Positions 37,233 to 49,502 of a stretch of DNA of 64,000 bases are shown piece by piece. The notes beneath the pieces were generated by a model that did not search any database, had not been told where the DNA came from, and was given only the letters and a program-made list of their open reading frames with translations. The DNA comes from Podarcis bocagei (taxonomy: Eukaryota). The translations under genes and the position numbers were made by a program. Every line of letters begins with the position of its first letter. Position 1 is the first letter of the stretch. The stretch lies in NCBI GenBank assembly GCA_964188305.1, contig OZ076897.1; one strand, given 5' to 3'.

Positions 37233-38799
37233 TCCTACGTGGCCTTTGTGCTTCCCCAAATCCACTGCAACACAGGAGTTCTGTGGTAGACATGCAGTCA
37301 TTCCTCTGAAGACAAGTGGGTGTGGAAAGACTCTCTGAAGCAGAAACATCTGTAAACCGGGTATCTGGGAAGCACAACTTCAAAACCTGTATCTGTTCCC
37401 AAGAGAAAAAGAAAACTGCAATGGAATAGCTCCTTTTTTCTATTTAGAGGTTAAAAATTTGTTTCAACAGTGAGCTCTCATATGTGAAGGGACCATTGTC
37501 TTCTTCAGTCCTCTTCAAGTGAAAATGTGAGAACCTCACTTTTAAATTATTGTTTTGCAAAGAATCCTCTGAATCTTACTAAAAGATCTTAAATTTTCCT
37601 GTATAAACCATGTGGGTTTCTGAGACGCTTGTTATATGCATGTTAAAACTTGAAAACAAGCTATCTGGTCATATGTTTCCCATTAACCCCCAAATTTTGC
37701 TCATTATACCAAAATTGCCATGCGAACATGTCTCATGATTCATCTCCGCCTTCACTCACCACTACCATGTTCTTCTTCAGAAAGCAGACTGTGATACTTT
37801 AAAGCATTCCTTAGCATTAATCCAATATGATGATTTTTCATATTCTTTCAATTTGTTCCTGAGGGGAGGGAAAAAATCCCATTCCCACATTAAACCCACT
37901 AGAAGACTGGTGAGCTACAATGAGATAAGGATAAAAGGATGGGAACCATATTTTTTCCCTTGCCCCCTTGAAGTCAATGGGCAAATTGCAAATGAAAATG
38001 GATGGCAGAGTTTGGCCCTTTGTCAAAAGTATATGCTGAGGCATATCTCATCCCCATTCAAATCAAATATAAATTTACACCCCCCCCCACACACACACCA
38101 CCTCTCCCATTGCTTTAGGTGGTATACAAAAGAAAAGAACAAACCAACACTGGAAGCGAAACAAAAAATCCTTAAAAATAACTCAGAAACAACAGACAGT
38201 AAAACTCTTGACTTGGGCTGCATTCCTGTATCCACTTTTTTGAGACTAGGACTTGCTACTTCAAATCCATCCCTTTTTAGAAGTATGCAGTTTCAATGAT
38301 TATTTAACAGCTTTTTGAAACATTGGTACTGCGAGCATAATCTGACAATGGGTGCAAAACACCAAGTTGTTCTTCTTCATAGGCACCATTCTTCTTGGCA
38401 CTTCCATTTTCTTTCTCTCTTTAGGCTAGCAGGGGGTGGTGGTAGCTCACAAGAGCCTCTGCCCCAACAGTGAATCATCCTGAACAGAATGAATAATTTT
38501 TCCTGACTTTTCCTAATTTCACATTTTCCAGACAGAACCACCAGATACATTTTACTCGTAGGTTATTGCGCAAAATTCTTCCTGAATCATTTTGGTGACT
38601 GGTTTGATGCTACTACCAAATAAAGTCAGATCAAAAGGAGATATGAATGGACAGAGAGCTGGATTGTGTTTTTTTAAAAAAAACTGTATTAAATAGGAAT
38701 CTGGAAAGACATACACACACATTCTATCTCTTCATACATGTACCAAGTAAATGTGTCCAGGATTTCAGCCTTAGAGGAATATACCTTTGCTTTGTGTCA

Positions 38800-38994
38800 T
38801 ACTAGGAGAAAAGGACTTTCCATGAGATCATTGTCAAAAGTTATGCCTCACACAGGAAAAAACCACTCATATGTTGCTGTAATAAGGGAATAACCAATCC
38901 AGAGCAATGCTCCACCCCACAGTATTGACTGGTGTGAATGTGTAAATGCACACAGGGGAAGTACAGTATAAAGCTTTGTGGCCTGAATTCCAGT
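38800..38994 (+). promoter_or_regulatory. INHBA core promoter (CCAAT box and TATA box)
   Basis: AACCAATCC with CCAAT at 38894-38898, TATAAA at 38967-38972, and a CACACAGGAAAAAACCACTCAT block similar to the recalled mammalian promoter. Confidence 0.7.
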
Positions 38995-39060
38995 GGAAGA
39001 ACTTGAAGTCTGCTTAAACTTCCATGAGAAAGATCTGTGAGGAAATTTAGACTCGGAAAG
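38995..39060 (+). other. INHBA: Probable non-coding exon 1 (TSS approximate)
   Basis: Lies ~25-30 nt after TATAAA (38967-38972) and ends at the donor GGAAAG|gtaaag (39060/39061). AGTACAGTATAAA and the terminal GAAAG match the recalled human exon 1 region. Confidence 0.75.
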
Positions 39061-40949
39061 GTAAAGTCTAAATGTTCTCTCTTTTGCAACTTTATACATT
39101 TTCTTTGGACATTGCATATACAGTATGACCTTATATTTAAAGTTGTGTGAAGTATTCTACTTTAAAATGCAAGCATTTGTTAAGATTTTGTTGGGTGAAT
39201 TGTGTAAATAATATTTGCTATATGTATAAAAATGGTACGAGCTCCCACACTTCCTGTTAACAGCATAGCCATGCACACCTGTATATAAAATATTTGTTCA
39301 ACCTTTTAACTACAAATGTTACTTCAGTCTCTGTTGAAAGACACTCAAAAATTTAGTCTTATGTTGGGCTCAGTTTTGACATATATATGAATTAAAACTA
39401 ATTAGGACTATTAGACGTTCATTGATGGTACAGCTTGTGCAGCTTGCGTTTCAAATGTATTTCCTTAAGATGAAATGCAGCTAAGGTTTCTAAAGCAAAT
39501 GAAGCATATTAAGCACAGCAGAAGCAAAACTCAGGAGCATCAAAACTTTTTTGGTGAGGAGGGGGTCTAAGCAGGATATGCAAAGGAACATCCTTTGCTT
39601 TCATTCACTGCTAGAAAGCATCCATATTTCAAAAAGCAAAAGGAAACAAATGGATAGTATGGAACGTTTGCAAAACCTATCCGGCTTATTCAAATTATTT
39701 CCATACTGTGCAGGGGAAAAATATATTTTGCTCCGATTTCTTCACCAACTCCTCTAGCTGAAACAGGCATGAATAGCTTATCCTAGTGTATTGTAATTAC
39801 CCTCCTTCCAATAAACTGAGATGCTTAGGTATCATATAAGAAACTCTAAAGTGTTGGGGTAGAACAATGTGGTTTATGGCTGAATGAACTTAAAACTCAC
39901 ATTAAGATAGCACATATTGAATGGAAGAAAAACAACTTGGAGGCCCTAAATCCAGTTTCTTATTTGAGCAAAGCGTGACGACGATTTTGGAATACCAGAC
40001 AAGAGTATCACCCTCTTTAAATAAACACACAGCAAAAGAAATTAATGGTAGTCCGTTTTCTTTAGGGGGGTATAAGAATTTTCTTTTCAAAAAACACAAA
40101 CCACAGACTTGCAGTGAATGCTACTGCAAAATGCACCTTCCACTAAATCAAGAGCCTTTCAGAAGGCTGAGGTTTGGGACCTTACTAACCTTTTATTCAT
40201 CTTTTACTGAGTCAAAATTCTCTGCAGCAATAATCATGGATTAGCCTCAGGTTGCTACAACTGAAAAGGGACTTTCAGGTTTGGCAGTAGTGCATAGATT
40301 TGGCAGGGCTGTCTAATTCACAATGTATTCACTGGCGACCTTTGCAAAAAACTGTGACACAGAACTTGAGAGCAGAACACAAATAGGTTCTGCTTGGGCC
40401 TTTCAGTGCCTCTCTGTTTTCAGCAGCTTGGAAATACAGAGCATATTATAAGGACCCAAACAAAAGTTTTGTTTTGCCCTCTTCAGATTCCTTGCCAGTG
40501 TTGATAATTCAACAGCATCTAAAAAGGTCTGGACAAGCGGGTTCTGTTATCTGCTCCATTCAGAATACAGTAAGATCTTTCCTCTAACGTTCTCCTGCTG
40601 CTCAGGTCACAAATTCCCTAGCACTTCCTTGGAATCCTGTTCTGGCAGAGTCCATAACTCACCGGAAGGCGTTTTAAAGGTCTCTGCCTTCACCTTTTCC
40701 TTCCATTCTCACCCTGTTCTGTTAACCTGAGGTACTTTGAAGAAGATGAGAACAGAAAGAAAAGCACAATATGTCGAGGCTGCAAGGAAAGGAGAGGAAG
40801 GGAAACCACAGGACAAATGTGAGACAAGAAAAAGAAAAGAGATTGAAAAGCAGAGGTGGGTCAGGCAGAAAACACATATAAGGGAGAGGTGTGTGTGCCA
40901 GAGTGCAGTGAGCATAAGGAAGGCAGCCTGTCAGAATATGTGCTGATCC

Positions 40950-41217
40950 TCCCCCTTCCTAATCATAGCTTTTACTCACAGACAAAACTCCCTCCCTCTC
41001 TCATTCACTCACTCACTTTAGGCCAATCCGTCCTCCTCTCTCTCTCCCTCTCTCTTTCTCATTCTCTCTCTCTCTTTTCTCAGTGTTTCTCTCTCCCACT
41101 CTGAGACAGAGTCAGAACTCCTCTCACTGACAGTCACAAACATCTATAGCACTTACTGAATTCAGAGAGGGAACCTGCAAACAAAACTTCACAGAAAACT
41201 TTTTGTTCTTGTTCCAG
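40950..41217 (+). promoter_or_regulatory. CT-rich tract and conserved block before the coding exon (candidate proximal promoter)
   Basis: GGCCAATCC at ~41020, (CT)n-rich 41030-41097, then ATTCAGAGAGGGAACCTGCAAACAAAACTTCACAGAAAAC, similar to recalled mammalian sequence. Confidence 0.5.
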
Positions 41218-41362
41218 AGAATTTGCTGAAGAGGAAGAAAGGAAGAAGAAGAAGAAGAAGGAAGGGAGGGGGACAGACACAAGCAAACTGTGTGTGAAGT
41301 GGTGGGGGGAGAAGAAAAGCAGTGCCTTTTAAAAAGGAATCACAACAACTTTTGCTGCCAGG
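41218..41362 (+). other. INHBA: 5' UTR part of the first coding exon
   Basis: Polypyrimidine acceptor ctttttgttcttgttccag|AGAATTTGCTGAAGAGG. The stretch CCTTTTAAAAAGG-AATCACAACAACTTTTGCTGCCAGGATG matches my recollection of the mammalian INHBA 5' UTR. Confidence 0.85.
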
Positions 41363-41750
41363 ATGCCTTTGTTTCAGAAGAGAGGATTTTTGCTGGTGCT
41401 TTGCTGGATTACAGTGAGGAGTTCCCCGACCCCAGGATCTGAGGGGCACAGTTCAGTCACCGATTGTCCATCATGTGCCCTTGCCACGCTCTCAAAGGAT
41501 GTGCCCAGCTCTCAGCCTGAGATGGTGGAAGCAGTGAAGAAGCACATTCTGAACATGTTGCATTTGAGGGACAGACCCAACATCACTCAGTCGGTGCCCA
41601 AGGCTGCGCTTTTTAACGCCATCAAGAAACTCCATGTGGGGAAAGTGAGAGAGGATGGCTTTGTGGAAATAGAGGATGACATTGGAAGAAAAACAGAAAT
41701 GAATGAACTTGTGGAGCAAACTTCAGAGATCATAACGTTTGCAGAATCAG
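41363..41750 (+). CDS. INHBA: Inhibin beta A chain, first coding exon (signal peptide and N-terminal prodomain)
   Basis: ATG in gccaggATG context. Translation MPLFQKRGFLLVLCWITVRSSPTPGSEGHS...DCPSCALA...MVEAVKKHILNMLHL...EIITFAES is recognisably activin beta A. Ends at the donor TCAG|gtgggt (41750/41751); 388 nt, phase 1. Confidence 0.98.
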
Positions 41751-44700
41751 GTGGGTGCTGTGGCAGGGGGTGGGAACTCAACTTGAATAGGTCTCAGTCA
41801 GAATTGCAATTAACTTCGCTTTTCTTTTCAACAGTAATACTCTTTGTGAGGTTACAGGTTGAGAGAAGGGAGAGAGTGAAAGCATGAAGGGATTTGGGTC
41901 TCTAGAATTTAGCCTTGGTTTCAGATGCGTTGATTACACTTATGAAATGCAGCCAGCCAGTGAGGAGGGAACTATATACCACTCCTAGGCTGAAATTTTG
42001 AGTAAGTGGGTTTGTCTCCCTGGTACATTTGTGAAAAGAACAGATAAACAGTAGACTATTGAGGGTGATGATTGAAAATGAAAAACAGAGACAGGAACAG
42101 ACAAATAGGGCAGGCACTGTGAAATACTCTGGGCAAAGGAAGACAGCTAAAATCAGTTTTCAAACCCACTCACTGTAAAACCTGTGAGTTTTTGAGAATA
42201 TGTATGTTTAATGGTACTCAATCAACAGCAAATATTCAGGGCAGCAACAGTGTTAACAGCTACTGTCAGAAAACCTCAATAGTAACTGGGACAAATAGTT
42301 GTAGATGAACCCAATTGTAAAGCTGACATTTGCACACTGGGGGAAAGGGTAGGGGAGGAAATATGGTATTTCTGAGAGCTCCTTTCCAAAGAATGCAACA
42401 TTGATAAGGTGCATTTTTAAAAGAAAAGGCATTGTCATATCGATTCTCCGATCATACCTATGACAGGGTACATAGAGAATTACTTACTTCACCATTAAAC
42501 AGTAAGCGTATGCATGTGCCTGATGCTTTCTATATGTGTATTATGCTAAATGTTAACCCTGGTGCTTAACATGTATGTGTGTTTGTGCATGCGTGTGTGT
42601 GTGTGTGTGCATATTCAGATTTACCTGTCTATGCCAATAGTTATTTAATCCACATAGGTTTAAAACGGCTACTGAAAACTTTCCAGAAATTAATTGTGTT
42701 GCCTAGTTAAGGCATTTTCCCCCTGTTGCCAAGACAGCTTGCAAGGAATGTCATTGTTTTGCTTGGTACAGCATATGGTAGGCAAAGTATGCACAGGCAC
42801 ACTGAGCATTTTTGTTTAAAAGTTTGCTGCAGCAATATAAACAATTAAGACAACTCTCAGAGTTTCCAGTCCTGAAAACCTGTTGACTCAGATGTTCTGT
42901 TTGCATAAAAAGACATGCAGAGAATCATGCGTGGTTTTAAGAGCAGATATTCCTGCTGCTAGCTGCATGAGTTCCAACTATACAAGAAGCCCTGGTGGTT
43001 GGTGTCCTTGTAAATCTTATCATACCAGTTGTTTGTCTGGTAGGGGAATAATAATGATGATGATGATGATGAAGAAGAAGAAAAGCACACTCTCCTTTTC
43101 AAAAGATGAGTAGAATGTCTCAGTGCCTGTGACCATGTGGAGGTACTCAATGAAGGAGTGAACATTCAGAAGCAAAGATATTGCTAGCCCATCTGATGGA
43201 CAGATTTTACCACAGTTTACCGCAGCACCAGGCTGAGGGGAAAGACACATGGAATGAGCTGTGGTTTTGAGGCACTGTGTGAGTTCCAGTAGTTTGCACT
43301 GTATCTGCTTAAACCAGGCTCCAAAGGCAAGAGTGACACGCTTTAACAGCGACACCCACTCCAATTGGCTTACAGAGTCACATGATTAATATTAGCTGTG
43401 CCATTGCCCAGAAAGTGTCCAATAGTCCAGCTACTCATCCCCCCCCCCCATCTGCAAGCTACCAAAGAGTCAAACTACTCCAGCTTGTATTTTGAGGAAG
43501 CATTGGTATTGGCAACTACATTAATTTCACACTCTTCTTGCTGCCAGTACAGCACACCAGGGGTCAGTATATTTTGGGCATTTCTGCCCCATTTATATAT
43601 CTGCTCCAGCCCCCCGGAAGCATTTTTCTGTGTATGTTAAATTATATTTTTTCCTTCTCATCTCATTCTCCCTGCCAATTTCTTTGAAACACTGAGATAT
43701 TAATGCTAAGGGAGATGTTGTGGGACTTGCTGGGAAAAAGAATTTTACATAAAACCTAGACTACTATTCAGTGATTCAGTCATACAGTGGCCCATATGGG
43801 CTTAAGCCAGTGTCTTGAGGTCATGATTGCTGGTTGCATATTATTCCATAACTAGGTCAACTATTCAGTCTTTTTCTCAGCCACTATCCACAGTTCTTAT
43901 ATTTCTTACAAGTATTAACCTTCTCAAATGCTTTCCCTTCCTGAGAGTGGGTGTCCAATACTAAAATAGTGCTGGTGTCTTCTGATCACTCCTGTGGAAG
44001 TGACAGGAAAATCTAGCCGTCCGCCTAATGTCAAGGAGGAGGTCTGCAAGGGCAGGGATCTGTTGGGGATCATGAGTGGTCAAAACCAAATCTGTGGTGT
44101 GTTCCAGCTGTGTTTGAGTTGAATGGTATACTGTGGGAAATATTATTCCTCAGTAGCATTTTACTCGTGTCGCGGTTCCTCAAGCAACCACTGTCTGAAA
44201 GGGAGGCAGTAGAGAATCAATGGAAGTGAATGGCAACATGTTCTAAAGTTTTGTCAACCGATGAAAATAGAAGTAGTCTAAAGTGCTCTAATTTAACTGT
44301 CCCATCACTCCCAGGAAGTATGCAGCAGTTGCACTACTGATGTTAGAAGAATAATTTCATCTTTTATATTTAGGTATCTTCCAAGATGCCATATACAAAT
44401 CTGACAAATGACAGGCACATGTGTACAGCTTTCAATTTGCCCCTTTGGACTAGCACAGATTAAACAGGAGAACGTTCTAGATTAGAAGATGCGGGGAACA
44501 CGAGGGCCAAAGGTGAATATACTGACTCCGTCCCAAAACACAGGGGTTGTCTGCTCCAGGTGATCAAGAAAATTGTGAAAAGGTGCCACTCACATTCCAG
44601 GCCTTTGTGGAAACGAATGCCTTCAAATGTGGACAAGACTTTTCCCTGTGCCAGGGAAAATGGGTTCTAGTGAGATATTCAAGTTATAATGTTCATAATA

Positions 44701-47700
44701 ACACAGTTAACAAAAAAGAGTTGAATTTTTAAAATAAATTTTCATTAGTAAGGCAAAAAAAACATTTCTGCATCAGTTATGCAGTAAGTTAACTATGGTA
44801 AATCGGAGGTATAACTTTGGCATTTTGGGGAAAATAATAAATACTATTTGCTGAAAATAATCAATAATGGTTTGTTGACACAGCAGCCAATTATAAATTA
44901 ATTTTGTTGGCCCCTGTTTAGCCAATGTTAGCAGTCCAGTCACCACCTCCATTTGCCAGTGGGGTTCCTCGGAGTAGGTGACATTGACATTCCAGTGACT
45001 GTGATCAGTGGTTAGACAAGAATTAATAGAAATTGTGATCCGGGCTTTTATCGGTTATAGCCTGAAGCTGAGCAGGGTTTCTCAGAAATAAGTTCCATTC
45101 ATTTTAGTAGTACCTGAAACCCAGTAAAAATAAGCAGGACTGCAGTCTGTGTTACATATCTTTTTTAAGATTTGATAGCAAAAGGGGGGGGGAGTAGATA
45201 CATCTTTTAAATGAATTAAATGAAAAGTACTGGAAGTGGGAGAAAGAGAATAGAACGAAGGTTTCATTCATTTTTAAAATGATCTGTTTTTCTGGGGGTT
45301 CAATTTTTTAAAATTCCGAATAGAAAATCAAATAGCCACTAGAGGGCATTCTCCAAAGGCTTTTCCCCATCAACTTCATTCTACCTAAAAATTTCTTTTA
45401 CCCAATGGCTCTGCAACATAAAGACTCTGGTGCTTCTCTGTAGCTCATCTGACAATCTTATTTCCTGCACAAAGCATAAAAAGCACCAGAATAGTGAACT
45501 TCAGGGAGAATGTGATATAATGAAACAGAGCAAAGAGAAAGAGAGAGAAGATAAAGTTGATAGGCCGAGAGACTAAAATATAAGATATTTGTTAAGGTCA
45601 CAGTAGTGTGTTTTTGACAAGACACTGAGAAATCTACTTATGATTTATAGGCTGGGCTGGCTGGTTGCTGTTGTTGTCATTATTACGTTTCTAAAATGGT
45701 CCTCCTTTGCTTTACAACCTGGAATCTTTTGAACACCAAATTTATTTTCTTTTGCTGCAAGGAATAAATCCACTTCCAGTGAATCTGCTTGAAAGAAATT
45801 TAATTGGCACCCAGTTGTGAATCTACCTAATTGAAATATAATTGGAAACCAGTTGTTTCCCCTTTGAAACTTTTTAAATTTGAGAGAGATAGGAAATACA
45901 TTGGTGAATGGGGCCGTGGGAGGGTAGCATGCAAGTACGAAGTTCCCCTAGGAGGAATGTGCCAGGGCATGCCCTCGAGAGCCTATGTGCATGCCTCTGA
46001 GTCCACATAGATGGGAGCATGTCATTGCAGGGATACATAGGAAATGGTGGGTGTTTGGAATCGCTTGAAAAGGCCAAGAGCATTTTTTTCCTTCCGGGGG
46101 GGGGGAGGCATTTAGGAGTTTTGCCTCACTCTTGACATCTACTTCAATGCCTGCATATAGACTGGGGAGGTGTCTCCCTCTAGTGAACTTGGCAGCTCCA
46201 AAACAAAGACTATGTTTTTGTTTTTAAAACCAGGTGATCCCTTCAACCATCCGCCATCCCTAGCATGGCGTACTCAGTTCATCTAAACTGTTAGCTTATG
46301 ACAGGGCAATTGTGATCCTGACTAGAGGTCAAGGTCATTCTTCTGTGTCCTGTTGCCCTCTCCCACAATCCTCAGTTGGCTTCTCCGAAGGCAGAGCTGC
46401 AGGAAGTAGCGATAAAACCAGTACTGCTGCTATTGCTGCCACCCTCCACACAGTCTTTCTCCTATGCTTCTAAGTGTCTGAGGCTTGGCCCCAGAGTCAC
46501 ACGACCTTCCTTGTTGCATTGCAGATTTGGATGTGCTAGGATGTTAACTTCAGGTGTCTACTGCTGCTTCTTGGGCCCTGCTGCTTTCTTCAACTTCCAG
46601 ATCTTGAGAAAGCCCCAGCACATTAAGAAGGGAAATTTCACTGTGGGTAATCACCACCCCGTGATATTGCTTTGATGCTATAATGCATGTGTGTCAAGGG
46701 TGAGGCGGCAGCAGCAGCCACTGAAGGAAAATGGGTAGACAAAGGCAGCATGAGAGACTGGGAAACAGACAGAGGTGTGGCAGGGACTAGCAGACCACCT
46801 TTGAGAAGAAATAGGGCTCTAAATAAATGCATTAGCGTACGCACGATTGGGTGTGTGACTGTGGCTTAAGGCTCACACATCTTCTATCTATCTGTGCAAC
46901 AATGTTAAACCAGCCTCTGTGTGAAGTTGGCACGTGCACACACAAGTTTGTAAATGTTTTTATTCTGGATGTGTGTCCACACATTCAAAGCAGAGATGGG
47001 TGGTGCTGAAGCAATGGAGATCTGTATATGGGGGCAATTCCAACCCGTTTAAAAGCCATTTCAACTCTTTTTGTTCACTACAGTGAGTTCACGATAGTCT
47101 TCCAATAAGGCTGCCGTTACTGAAACCTCAGTTGCCATGGTGGTGGCAGAGAACCAATGGAGGCAAGGCAGCGGGTGGAGGCCAAACCTGGAGCCCAGCG
47201 TTGCGCGCGTGCCGCTGGGCGCTCACAGTCTGGGACCAGTGGAACCTTGCTTCCAAGTGAACATGCAGAGAGCTGTGCTGTTAGTCTCATTAACTTCAGT
47301 GGGTTGGAACTAGAGATTTGTTGAGTGGAGCTTTGCCAGTGGACAGTTGAAGGACCCCCGTCCAGGAAAAGTATGGAAGGTGGGTGAAGGAAGGAGAAAA
47401 TTGACAAAAATCCCTCCCCTTCTGCTTCCACGAGTGAGAGCCTTCATTGACTCACTAGTCTGCCTGCAAATGAAAGTAATGCTTTCATTCGCAGAAGGAC
47501 TGCTCTAGATCCCAGACAGACAGACAGACAGACTTAAATAAGAGGAACTTTTTTAGATTGGGCCCCAAAACCATCTCTGGTAGTGATGGAAGTGTCATGT
47601 GAATCTCTTGTGTAAGCGGCGTAAAAGGTCACAGCCGACAGCTTTTGTTGCTGCTGCTGTGATGTAATTATGTGACATGCCCATTCCACTTCCCTGCTGC

Positions 47701-47997
47701 AGTCTCCTGTCTCCTGTAAAATGAACCACAACCAAGACTTAAGCATTTGCCTTTCTTTTGCAAGATAAAAGAAGGAATGAGAACAATATTTAGGTAGCTT
47801 GTCTGGAACGATGAGAGAACTCTTAGGTGCTTCAGGATAGGACAAGATGGGGAGAATGGGCAGCGAGAGGAGTTTTGTTATGCAGCTGCTTTCTGAAGAC
47901 AGAATTTATGGTTAATGAGAAACCGTGAAAAGCACAAACTATGTTTCAGCCCTAGTTTCAAGTTCTTTAACGATGGCTCTGCTCTGCCTTCCAAGTA

Positions 47998-48223
47998 CAG
48001 TGGTACCTCGGGTTAAGTACTTAATTCGTTCCGGAGGTCCGTTCTTAACCTGAAACTGTTCTTAACCTAAGGTACCACTTTAGCTAAGGTACCACTTTAG
48101 CCTCCCGCTGTCGCCTCCATGCGATTTCTGTTCTCATCCTGAAGCAAAGTTCTTAACCCGAGGTTCTATTTCTGGGTTAGTGGAGTCTGTAACCTGAAGC
48201 GTCTGTAACCCGAGGTACCATTG
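47998..48223. mobile_element. Tigger-like MITE, family copy 3 (intronic)
   Basis: Same TIRs as copies 1 and 2, TA TSD, internal duplication of AAGGTACCACTTTAGC. Confidence 0.92.
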
Positions 48224-48225
48224 TA

Positions 48226-48380
48226 TCAGCTGCTGGAACCCCAACAAAGGGGAGAGGTGGTCATGTGTTCATGTTCTGCTCCCTGCTTTGCCACAGGCGT
48301 CTGGTCGGCCACTGTGGGAACAGGGTGCTGGACTAGATGGGGCCTTGGCCTGATCCAGCAGCCTCTTCTTAGGTTTACTT
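48226..48380 (+). mobile_element. CR1-type 3' UTR fragment next to the MITE
   Basis: GGCCACTGTGGGAACAGGGTGCTGGACTAGATGGGGCCTTGGCCTGATCCAGCAG..TCTTCTTA. Confidence 0.7.
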
Positions 48381-49398
48381 TGCCATTGTGCTTTTAGCTT
48401 CCCCGTTGGCGAGCTGTTGCTTAATATTTTAAGCAGTTTTAGGGCAGAGGATGTTTAAATGTTGGTAGAATCATTCAAGTTTTTGGGTGTATAATAACTC
48501 CTATAACCCCATACAAGAAATTATGCATATTAACTAACTGGTCATACCTAGAAATTGTTTGAGTCAACCATACGTGCCTTTATATCACGCATCTTCAGAA
48601 CCATGCATGCTAATGGAGTTTAGCTCCCAGGAATATGAGATAAGTCAAATGTCTGTGTAAGATCAGAAATGTTTATGTCACACCAAACACTAGCCTATTT
48701 GCATTATCAAGCAGCTTGTGGCATGGAAACCGAGTGTGCATAGTGGGTTTCCAATGTTATTTTTGTCTTTGTCAAACTCTAGCATGATTAGGAATGCCAC
48801 TCAGAGTGGGATCTTGTAGATGGAGAATGGGACTTGCCTATCAGTCGCTCCCATTGAATCTGATGGGATCCATAAGTTGCGGTTTACAACAGTGTTGGGA
48901 AAGTGAAAATCTATTCCCTAATAAAATCAGTGTCATCCAAGGCAGGAGGAAGGTTTACTTATGGTTTACTTATGAGAAGTGGGCAACTGTCCATTTGAGT
49001 TTCTTGCAGCTTCTCATTTTTCCACTCTTATGTTCAGTTTGCTCCATTTTCACATCAATCTGACATTATATTATAGTATATTATGTTATAATATTATTTT
49101 AACAAAAATATCATTATGTTAGTGCATATGTCTGCAAATATATACATTTTATATTCTTTTTTTTTTTTTTGCTAATATACACATTAATGCAAGCAATTTC
49201 CCCCACTATAATTGTGTTTGCATTTTCACTAATATAAGCATTTTTATCCAGGCTCTCCCCTAATAAATGCTTTTTTTGTAAACATTTTTGGTTGGAGAAG
49301 TGTGAATTTGGTTTGCTTTGGTTTGCTTATTGTCCTGGGAAGTGTGTATTAGGTAAAGTCATATTAAAATGCAATCCACAGAGAATTCATCCACGTTC

Positions 49399-49445
<47 letters not shown>

Positions 49446-49502
49446 TGATACCCTGCCCATCTGGCTGGGTTGCCCCAGCCACTCTGGGTGGCTTCCAACA
49501 CA
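49399..49502 (-). mobile_element. L2 3' tip with an expanded (TAA)n tail
   Basis: (AAT)n at 49399-49443, then ATACCCTGCCCATCTGGCTGGGTTGCCCCAGCCACTCTGGG. Confidence 0.75.

Noticed and set aside
41751-41887. C-terminal 45 aa of the 174-aa ORF 41363-41887
   Set aside because: Read-through past the splice donor at 41751; similarity to activin stops at FAES.
46172-46190. CTCF-like motif (another at ~62890)
   Set aside because: Partial matches only; cannot be told from chance without PWM scoring or ChIP.
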